Below, piece by piece: positions 12,498 through 22,800 of a DNA stretch of 64,000 nucleotides. Below the pieces are notes generated by a model, which saw only the letters and a program-made list of their open reading frames with translations, was not told the DNA's origin and did no database searches. A program made the translations under genes and the position numbers. The first letter of the stretch is position 1; each line of letters begins with the position of its first letter. Source of the stretch: Balanoglossus misakiensis (taxonomy: Eukaryota; Animalia; Hemichordata); NCBI GenBank assembly GCA_040954595.2, contig CM082588.2, positions 8,416,844 through 8,480,843 of the forward strand, written 5' to 3'.

Positions 12498-12744
12498 CCT
12501 ACAAAATGAATCCATAATCACATTAGAAAAATACAAAAAATTGAATTTAGCGTAAATTTGGTAGAAATTTAATTCGTTCTTGGGCGTGGGCTTACATAGA
12601 GTGACTTGATCGTTTTTTCGACTGGATGCTATTTCATTTTTTGATATTCAATTTATTCCCGAGACAATGGATATTACTTGTGGGTGAATTAATTCATTCT
12701 GACGACATGTACGTGCAGCGTCATTACCACTATATTATCTGTTC

Positions 12745-14580
12745 AATATGGCAGTTGCACATACGAATCAAATACATTTTGCCAGAAATTGTATATTTCT
12801 GTTCGGAAACAGAGAATGGAGACAGAGGGAGTTAAATCCCAAGGTGTCATTCGACAAGAGTATGATTTTACCCTTCCATACGATCGACCATAGCCCCGCA
12901 CTGTCAACGTATTATACTAACACAAGAATATACCAGGTGTTATCTTATGACTTTGTACAAAGTCTGTCCACGTATGCTGACCATCATGATAAGAGAAGAA
13001 TGGCAGAACAAGAATGGGCAAAATAGGGCAGTTGCTATGCCCCCGAAACTTTGTCCGGCACAAATAACAAGCATAGGTCACACAGTCAAAGTACAGTCGT
13101 ACGCTATATCTATTCAATTTGCTCTACCTGTATCTGTCGACTCTGGATAGCAACGAATGTATGCATCGATAAGTTGAAATTTAACATACCTAAAAACGTA
13201 TCTAAAAACAGATCCCCACCTCTAGATGTAAATTGTCGCGGATAGGTAATGCTTAGTGTCGAAGTCTAACAGAAATGAATTGCCTACAGCCGCAACAGTG
13301 ACATCAACAGACAGACAGCAAATGATATACAGCTGCAATAATTGTAGTGGGTGCTGCTAGGTTGACTGGTGTGTTCGCGCCACTCAACCTAACAGCACCC
13401 GCTACAATCATTGCAGCAAAATGATATAGTGCCTTGGAACAGAAGTATCAATATAAAAGCAAAATATGTGTTTCTCGTTCTGATGAAGAAAGGCCTTTAC
13501 CACACACAGTCAGGATACGAACGTGGATACGCGCCTGTACATTAGTCACTAATTCACGGACGCACACTAATATGCAACTTTATAACAACGGAACATGTCA
13601 ACGCGATTGGACAGTTATGCGCCATTGTGGAGTGCGACAATATGGCAGTTGCACATACGAATCAAATACATATTGGCCAGAAATTTTATCTTTCTGTTCA
13701 GAAACAGAGAATGGAGACAGAAGGAGTTGAATTCCAAGGTGTCATTCGACAAGAGTATGATTTTACCCTTCCATACGATCACAGACGATCGACTATAGCC
13801 CGGCACTGTCAACTTATTATACTAACACAAGAATATACCAGGTGTTATCTTATGACTTTGTACAAAGTCTGTCCACGCATCCTGACCATCATGATGAGAG
13901 AAGAATGGCAGAACAAGAATGGGCAAAATAGGGCAGTTGCTATGCCCCCGAAACTTTGTCCGGCACAAATAACAAGCATAGGTCACACAGTCAAAGTACA
14001 GTCGTACGCTATATCTTGAATTTGCTCTACCGGTATTTGTCGACTCTGGATAGCAACGAATGTATGCATCGATAAGTTGAACTATAACATACCTAAAAAC
14101 GTATCTAAAAAAACCAGATCCCCACCCCCAGATGTAAATTGTCACGGACAGGTAATGCTTAGTGTCGAAGTCTAACAGAAATGAATTGCCTACAGCCGCA
14201 ACAGTGACATCTACAGACAAACAGCAAATGGTATACAGCTGCAATAATTGTAGTGGGTGCTGCTAGGTTGACTGGTGTGTTCGCGCCACTCAACCTAGCA
14301 GCACCCGCTACACTCATTGCAGCTAAATGATATAGTGCCTTGGAACAGAAGTATCAATATAAAAGCAAAATATGTGTTTCTCGTTCTGATGAAGAAAGGC
14401 CTTTACCACACACAGACAGGATACGAACGTGGATACGCATCTCTCCTGTATTAAACATTGCAGCTATACATTGGTCACTAATTCATGGATGCACATTAAT
14501 ATGCAACTTTAGAAAATCATGTCACCTGAACATGCAGACGCGCTTGGACAGTTATGCGCCATATTGGGGTGCGGCAACCG
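12745..14580. repeat. Tandem ~0.9-kb repeat (2 units), each with an ~86-bp hairpin
   Basis: 'atggcagttgcacatacgaatc' at 12748 and 13642; hairpins at 13332-13417 and 14237-14324; same array at ~46350-48150. Confidence 0.9.
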
Positions 14581-15879
14581 CATTTTTGTAGTCCCAATTA
14601 CCAGTCAAGAAGAATACGTGTGAAAATCTTGTACTGAGTAACAATTACAAAGAAACTTTAATAGTTTTTAATGAATAATCACCCATGGCTACGAACTGTA
14701 TTTTGTATTTATGAATATTCCGAGGAGCAGCTGATTACCGAATGAATTCAAGCAAATTATTTTGTCATGAATTTCCGTGATAACTTACCTGTTGAAGAGT
14801 TTCGCCCTCCAGTAGAGTTAAACGATTGCCTTCGAAGGTTCAAGCCAGAGGCAGAACAAACTATTTCCTCCTATTATACGCACTTACATAAAGGTTGCAA
14901 AGCTGGCGTTATATACAACCAGGTCTCATTTAAAATTCTTGCTGGTCATGGAACGATCACACCATCTCTTTTGTACGCAGTCGCAGACAACACACAATTT
15001 GGGCGTTTAAACGAGGCTCATATGGACTTCGAGCTGAGTATAAAACCAATCAAAAACACGAAACAAGAACTCCCATTGGACTATAGACCGAAGGCGGCTC
15101 TGCGGCTGGCTCGTGTTGATGTCATCATTCTTTGCTACGTTCTCGAATTTTCCATTCAGCGCTATCATAGTTTTTATAATCCCCCCCCCCCACGATCTGA
15201 TATGTAATTTCCCTAACCCACTAGTCGCTTGGTGGTTTTTTGTCTTTTTGAATATTCTCAATACTGTTCGTCCGTTTGTGTGCTTTGAGCGAGTTTCTGG
15301 TAATGAGCTGAGTTTCGAATTTGGGGATGCGCTCCTGGTTTCGGTTACCGTCGACCAAGCGACTTTCAGAGCAAAAATATGTAGCTGCAAAGCGTTTATC
15401 AATCTCATATATGTGAGCATGTTCATATGAAATGATTAGACATTAACATATCGCAGACTGCAAACGTCATCATGTCACATTAATGGCCGATTACGCCCAT
15501 CGTTTTGATATAAGACGTCGTAGATATAGGTCCATAGACACAAACCTCTTGATTTCACGAATAATGCCATTTCAGCTCAACGACAGCCATGGGTGTTGAA
15601 CTCGTATATTACAGCGATCCCAAAATTTATGCCACATTAACGGCCGATTTACACCCATTGCTCTGAAGTATGACATCATAATTACGTGTCCATACAAAGA
15701 CTAATTCCTCTGGGAGATGTTTTTGATGCCTTCCTATGCCCCATCGATATCCTACCAAACTTCAATATGAAATGCTTTGCATCAAATTTGAGCAGGGTTG
15801 GTTAACTATTTTCGAAACACCTGACGTCACCTCCTGGTCCATATATCTGTCTTTCTCGAACTTGACTTTGTTATGTGTG

Positions 15880-16290
15880 CCTTGTTGGTTTATCTCTGCT
15901 GTGCTGTGCTGTATTGCCGTTCCTTTCCTTTTCCTGCTTTCACTCGCTCCTCTTGGTCCGAAAACACAACGTACGTCTCACTCCTCTCAATAAAAAAATG
16001 AATCATGATTTTCCGGACCGTCTAACGGTCGCTGTCGTACTCCGAATCGTATATCCGAAACGGGGGAAGAAAATGGTTGTTTATGAATACCAGTACTTGT
16101 GCTGGGTTGGCTGTCAAGTCACTCGTAATAGACGATATGTGTTGGAATGCCAGACACCATCAGGGCCAAAGCGATTTTTTAAATACAAAAATCATGTAAG
16201 TTGCAGTCGTATGCTTAGAAACTAGTATGTAAGGTTTGCGAACATTTGATAATTGAGGATGGTATTGAGAAGATATTTCATATTAGACAT
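15880..16290 (-). pseudogene. Degenerate tandem copy of the orphan ORF at 16517-16984
   Basis: Shares 'LDSQPSTST' coding sequence and a 'VVFSDQEER..AGKGK'-like segment with the upstream ORF, but in broken frames; paralog at 49459-49857. Confidence 0.6.
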
Positions 16291-16516
16291 GCGCGTTATC
16301 CATGTTCACGGACAATAAGGACAGGGTCGTGATGAGAGGGGACTGCAGTTTGAGGGATTGTTATAATTCAGTGCCGACCACTTGCATCAAAGTTGAACAC
16401 AACAAAACACAAGGTTGTGTACTTTCCGAAATGTTTATTAAAAATAATAAAATATAGGTAAAAAGGCAGCGGTCTGGTTAAGTGGAGTCACCGAGCGTCA
16501 CTGTCCTTCAAGAAAT

Positions 16517-16984
16517 TTAATTTGGAGATACACGAATGCTCCTCCTTCTAAACTTCCGCATGAACCAACGGACAAGACGTTGTCCGCAGCACGGCAGACA
16601 TCCGGTTGGTTTTTCTTCTTCGTCCTGAACCTGGTTCGGGGACTCTTCGGTGTTTTTCTCCTGGGCGACGTCGGCCGATTTCTTGCCTTTTCCTTTCCCT
16701 CTTCGCTTTTTCTCGTCCTCCTCGTCGGAAAAGACAAGATAGAACGGCTCATCATTCCCTTCCGTATAAACTCCGGAATCCTGGTTTCTCGGATCCTCGT
16801 CACCACTGGTGTCCGACTCGGAGTCATATCCGCGAATTGGCGGCATGACTTGAAAGTTTGAGAAGGCATAAATACTACTGGTACTCGGTTGGCTGTCCAG
16901 CCACTCGTAAAAGTCTTGGTCAGTACCCATGGGCACGCCAGGTACAACCAGGCAGAGGATTATAGTTAGTAATACACAAATCAT
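16517..16984 (-). CDS. Orphan intronless ORF (~155 aa): hydrophobic signal-like N-terminus, acidic middle, cationic Cys-containing C-terminus
   Basis: ATG at 16984 in 'ccacaATG'; MICVLLTIILCLVVPG...; AATAAA on the minus strand at ~16434-16439; GC-richer than flanks. Confidence 0.5.
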   Translation of the reverse strand: MICVLLTIILCLVVPGVPMGTDQDFYEWLDSQPSTSSIYAFSNFQVMPPIRGYDSESDTSGDEDPRNQDSGVYTEGNDEPFYLVFSDEEDEKKRRGKGKGKKSADVAQEKNTEESPNQVQDEEEKPTGCLPCCGQRLVRWFMRKFRRRSIRVSPN

Positions 16985-18680
16985 TGTGGAGTCGTAGACA
17001 AGTGTTGTTGAGTATGCTACTCTGAAACTCTTGCCAAACATTCTAATTCTTCTTCGGTCTAAGAACGCGTCTGTGAGGTCGCTAAATATAAAGAATTTCC
17101 CATGCTGCACAGAGCACGCTCAAATTCACCGAGTGCTTCGTGTGCGTTCGAAGGCAGGCAGTGTATTTTCGCCTTTCAAAAGCAAAGGCGTTGCAATGAG
17201 AAAGTTATTCATACCGACCAAAATGATGTCTGTAAAATTATGTGGAGAATAATTATAATTTTATGGTTGGGGTTTATTAAAATGCGAAACAAAATAATCA
17301 CTGCCGGGCATGAAAGGGTAATTTCATCTTTTATTCAAATTATCGTCAAAACAGGCAATCAACAAATTGGTACTGTGACACTATAGTTTACACCACGAGA
17401 AAACTGCTGATGGTAGCTATGATGTGTCACACAGAAAACTCAATATGTCACACATCACATTCTTTAGTTATCTGAAATGTTCAAATACTAGTAGTATGGT
17501 ACAATGGGTATGACTGATCAAATACTTTACACTTGCGTGTCATTATCTTTTCAAACTTGAAAATGCTAATTACCGCCAGCCATCGAAATACACTCACTGA
17601 ATTGTAAACCACCGATCGTTCGTTGGTCTACAGTATGTGGATAGAAAAATGTACAACATGGCAAAGAACAGTAAGGGCTTACAAGAAGAGTATGTGAATC
17701 TGCAGAGGGCGCTATTTTTTCCTGTACCCAAACTCAACAAGAGTGGACACAGCTTTCCTTACAAATGAGTTGTGATACATTTTGTCATCTCTTGGTTCTT
17801 ACATTTTGCTAAAAATGAAAAATTCCTGTGACAAAATGAATTTTTCAGGGTAAAGTATGTACAATGTTTAAAGAAAAGCATCATTCTTATAAATACAAAA
17901 AAAAAAGTTGAACACATTCTTCAACTGAACCGATACAAAAGAAAACTATCTGCATATATTGGAGAAATAAATCCAAAAGTAACGAATAGTACAAACACAA
18001 AAAACTAATTCAAATTCATGTTCTGTAGAGCACACACGTGGTTATATGACACACAATGTATATATCCAGACACACAATATTTACTGTGTTATAGGGAAAG
18101 CCAAATAACAAACTATAAATAATATATATAACGCTCGGAAACATTGACAGCTAGAATTGCCGGTTTTCAAGACAACTCCAAAACGTTGCTAACAGTCAGA
18201 ATGAACATTTCAGGAAACAGTTCTAAAATAAGACTTTTCACTGCAGTGTATGTAATTGGTTGAAATGTGATAGAAGCAACCACAAGATCGTACAATAAAT
18301 TCTTAAAACACACAGTAACGATAAATCCCTCAATTGTTGATTCAAAATGATGTATGCTCACAAATTTGTCTGACCAAGCCACTTTCCCCAGTTATACTCA
18401 AAGCCACACATGAACGTGTACATTATTGTGAACTTTCAACCTTTGAAGGGTGGGTTTTGGTTGACTAGAACATTCAAAATTCATGACAAACACATTATTA
18501 CTATGGACCAACAATTTTAGGCTAAATTCCTGAAATAACATTCATTTTGCAGACGGAGGCCTGTGGTTGGTTAACATGCTTGAGGCTCACAGGAAATCGT
18601 TGTTTTTTGGTATCCCTAAATGATTTATTTCGTCACTTTTTAATTAGTAATTTACTCTTTACTGCTGATTACAAGTTAAA

Positions 18681-19883
18681 TTATTTTTTTTCCTGTTCAG
18701 ATAACCTTGCTTTGTACTCCTGTGCATACTTGCCCGAGAAATACTCTTGACCACAGGCTTCTATTATGTTTAGGTATTTCAGTGCATTGGCAGAGTCATC
18801 TTGTGCTTGGTAAACGTGGGCAAGATTATAACATGCCCATAGTATGTGATATGGGTCAGAGAGGGTGCTGATCAGATGGGTAAATATTTCACATGCATCA
18901 CTGTACTGTTTCAAGTTTGTGAGGGCATCGGCCTTCCAGAGTGAAGCAAGGGGATACAAACCACCTGCATATGCAACTGCTTTGTCGAGACACTCTATGG
19001 CTTTTAACAGGCACTGACGATTGCTTTCTATCGGATTGTGTTGGTATTTGGCCACGTATGTGACTCCTAGGTATAACGCGAAAAATGGATTGTCTGGATC
19101 TTGTGCTGCAGCATTGTGAATAACTTGCAGTGCTTTTTCGAAGTCTGGAACATTGCTGTGGCAGTAATAAAGACGTGCAGACTCCACCGTGAAATTGGAT
19201 AAAGGGGTTAATTCGAGTGCTTTCTGGGTGAGTTGACCTGCTTCTTCATAGCGACCTTCATCAAGTGACAGCTTACTTAAAAATGACAAAGCATAGCTGT
19301 GATGGGCATTTTTCTTAAGAACTCTCTCAAGCAAATTTCTTCCTTGTGCCATTATTTGTAAAGCTTCCAGACATTTTGAATCTCCACAGACACGATCACG
19401 TTTGTACGCAAAAGAGAATGCTTGCCAAAACAGCCAATCTGTTTGTTCTGGAAGTTCTACTAAAGCACGATCAAAGCTATCAATTCCCTCATCACACGTT
19501 TTTTTGCGAAAATAAGAAAGAGAGACACCCTTGTGAGCATATACATACGCTTTCTGTTTCCCTGACAATTTATCAAGTGACAAAGATGTTATCAACTTCA
19601 GTGTTTCATCAACTCTCTCCATCTCACCCGACATGAAATAAACCCATGCTTTATCTGCAAGAAGAACCAACTTATCACCAAGTGGACCATCGTCGTCACC
19701 ATCACAGCTGTCAAGTTCTTTCTGGTTGTCGGTGAGGGCGTCATCAAACCACTTCAAAGCGGCACTTGGATCTCTCTCGTCTTCTGATCTCAGTTTGGAC
19801 ACGTACAGGTAACCTTTCATTGCTTTATGGGGAACTGGAGAGACCTCCTGGTTGTGATGTTTAAGGGTGTCGTCCAATCTGCA
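18681..19883 (-). CDS. Gene B last exon: IFIT-like tetratricopeptide repeat domain
   Basis: Multiple TPRs (ALKWFDDAL, LVLLADKAWVYFMSGE, AYVYAHKGVSL, FDRALVELPE, GRYEEAGQLTQKALELTP, KAIECLDKAV) arranged as in IFIT proteins; preceded by the CHFTW exon. Confidence 0.85.
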   Translation of the reverse strand, partial: CRLDDTLKHHNQEVSPVPHKAMKGYLYVSKLRSEDERDPSAALKWFDDALTDNQKELDSCDGDDDGPLGDKLVLLADKAWVYFMSGEMERVDETLKLITSLSLDKLSGKQKAYVYAHKGVSLSYFRKKTCDEGIDSFDRALVELPEQTDWLFWQAFSFAYKRDRVCGDSKCLEALQIMAQGRNLLERVLKKNAHHSYALSFLSKLSLDEGRYEEAGQLTQKALELTPLSNFTVESARLYYCHSNVPDFEKALQVIHNAAAQDPDNPFFALYLGVTYVAKYQHNPIESNRQCLLKAIECLDKAVAYAGGLYPLASLWKADALTNLKQYSDACEIFTHLISTLSDPYHILWACYNLAHVYQAQDDSANALKYLNIIEACGQEYFSGKYAQEYKARLSEQEKK

Positions 19884-22800
19884 CTGTAAGAACTACAGTA
19901 CATGGAAAGGTATATGTTACAGTGTCATGTGAAAACACAGGTGTTTGTACAGATGCAATGTTGATATTTTATTGATTGTAATTAAGGTCGCTAAAATGAT
20001 AAGATCTCCCGATTTCACGTTATACGAGCGCTCGCACTATGTTCAGGCCTATACCCCACTGACACATAAACAGATAAAGAAATCTCCTAATGTGTCAGTG
20101 GGGTATAGGCTCGAACTAGTTGTATGACGCGAAATCGGGAGATCGTCTAAGCTACTGATTTATCGTTTATAGCCACCTTCCAATTAATAAAATATCTGTG
20201 TGTGAAAACATCAGACGCATGATTGAAACAAAATAAGATGTGATTGATGAAGAAAACTCTAATGATTGACAATTTTTTTAAATATTACACTTTAAATGAT
20301 GCAAAAAGTGGATATTCAGCATGTTGCTTTTTATATTTCAATTTGAGTCATTATTTACATCTGAGAGAAATAAACATTTCCTTGGTTTTCGTGACATTTC
20401 AACAATTCAGATACAGCTGTTATGAAACGTTGTACTTCAAATACTCAAATAAATGTCCTCACCTCAAAACTACGGTCACAAAATTCTTCGAGTTTCCAGG
20501 TAAAGTGACAGGGAAACCTTTGCAGTATTTCTTCATAGGACTTTGCTGTATGCTTCAATCCCGTTATGTGTGTAACTGAAAATTCTATTGAATAGTAAAA
20601 ACAAAGTTTGGAATTTAAACTGATTTCACGATTTTAATTTTAAATTGAGATTGGTCTATTGAAATTAGCTTTTATTTATTATGGTATGCCTACATTTTAT
20701 GAGAGAGTTGAGTTGTATCAAACAGTGAATGAAACAACAGAAATATCTATCAGCGCAACAACATAAATTAAATATCTATCAAAAGAAACTAAAACAACCA
20801 AAATAACGTCAATATTGAGTGATCTTGTTCATTCAGTTTTTTGAAGCAATATTCCTGTGGGAAAATCAGTTGAAAACTAATAATTGAGTTTAAAAATAAA
20901 TATTCCGGACCATGTTAAAGGTATACGGTCACCTATGGAAAATTAGCTATAGTTATCATGGCAAATTGAGATCTAACCAATCACAGATTTTCAGTCAGTG
21001 GGTGGCACATGCGAAAAAAAAGAGCGCCGCCTTATGTTCTTTAGAACGATCAAATACCCCATTTCAGCCATGTATGGGCATGTGTAAATTGGACGTGACC
21101 ATATAACTTTAAGTATATTATAATCATTTTGCAAAAGATTGTCAATTGCAGGAAAGAAAGGGAAGATTTTGAGACCGAATTCTTAAATTTGCTTTTGCTC
21201 CTAGACCCAACAAATCTGTGATAGACAATAAATTTGGCCTTTCAGGGTCATGCATACTTTCATAATCGAAGTTGTTAGGAGCATATTCTTTTTTTTTCAG
21301 TAGGAGCAGATGATATAACTGATGCATGGATATGTTGCACATAACTGCATTACCTTCGATGTTTTTGTCTACAGGTGGCGCAGTTGCACTTTTCGTTTCC
21401 TTAAGTTCGTCGATAGTCTGAAGTAACTGCCGATTTTTGTCCATGGTCGTTTGATTTTCCTCTTTCAGTTTGATATTTATCATGGTTAGTTTCGAACTTT
21501 GGTTTTCACTGCTCTTCAGCATTTCCTTCAGACGCTGACTTGTCTGCTCAGTTTCTTCACCAAGAACACGAATTCTTACTTCACTTTCTCTCTTAAGGAG
21601 CGTATATTCCTTCTCCTTGGATTGTAGTATGTCTTGAATCTTCTTGTTTTCGTTAAAGAGCGAAGTGATGACAGAGAGATAGTTGTCTGTCGAGATTGGT
21701 TCCAAAACACGAGCAGCTCCTTCTTTTGAAAAAGATTCAGCTAGAATCTTGTCTGATTCTTTGGTGCCAGTTTTCAAGATGTTGACGCCACTTTGATTGA
21801 CAAGTCTCTTCAGTTCTGATGAAAATGTGATTCAATATTGTTAGCAAAATGTTATATATGATCGATACGATGTAACCCCCTTTGCAATTGGGTCAGAGGC
21901 AATAGAATGCAAATAAATGGGCACTATCTATTTTACTTTATGCTCGATGTGCAAATCAATGGCAGACTAGTACAGACCTATCTTTAAAATCATACTTCAA
22001 CAAGCAGCCAACTAAACCAAAACATTCCCTTTAGAACAAATTTCAGCAGCAAGCTTGTTTGTTTAAAAGAAATGTTTGTGAACACTGACCTTCTCTCTCA
22101 TATCTGAATGTCTCTCCCTCTTGTAAGGTGATTGAAGACAACTGTTGACTATCCAAAATCAAACACCGTCTGATTCCTAGGACACCAAGAACTTCTGGCC
22201 GTTCATCCAACAACGAAGACAACTGTAGAGGGCGCTGTATTTTTATCAACAGGACTATTGGTGTCTGTGTGTCTCCCACATCAACATCTATCTCAGCTTC
22301 CAAAGTGCCGGAACCACCAAGTAGTTTTGATAAACCGATTCTGTTTTGGCGTGTGGCATAGACATGTCGATCAACCTCCAAGGCAACCATTGCACTATTG
22401 TCATCTGCAGGTACAAAGATCGATAATAGGCAAAATAAATTGTATGTATTCTCATTAAAATGAGCACATGTTTTACTGAATAGTGCAGGAGTATACTTTT
22501 TATGCAAATATTTCAAACATATGGATTATCAGCTAGAAACATAAGAACCTATGGAGGCGTTCAAAATATCACAATATGTCATATCATATCTGTAAACACT
22601 TGCCTGGTTCAATCAGAATATCTTCAAGTTCTGAACACTTCTCTCCACATATTTCACAGATGTCAGCCGATTTCACTTCCGGGACAAAACCTACAAAGAT
22701 ATACGTCAACGTCATGAGATGTTTTATTTATTACATCTCCTATTTACATGTCGGACAAGTATTTTGTGATGGTGAGAAAGTCATTATCGAGAAATTTAAG

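Larger units (their letters stand above)
9450..12500. repeat. Segmental duplication of the GT4-TRADD-N cassette (paralog at ~22370-25370)
   Basis: Exons and most introns align with identical exon lengths (1270, 195, 381, 87 nt). Confidence 0.9.
12745..22560. repeat. Large segmental duplication, paralog at ~46350-62370 (paralog carries an extra ~6-kb LINE+YR insertion)
   Basis: Collinear similarity of tandem repeats, orphan ORF, IFIT-like exons, coiled-coil exon and module exon. Confidence 0.9.

Noticed and set aside
12748-15430. Many 60-146 aa ORFs, repeated at 46485-49018
   Set aside because: They lie in non-coding tandem repeats, and frames break differently between copies.
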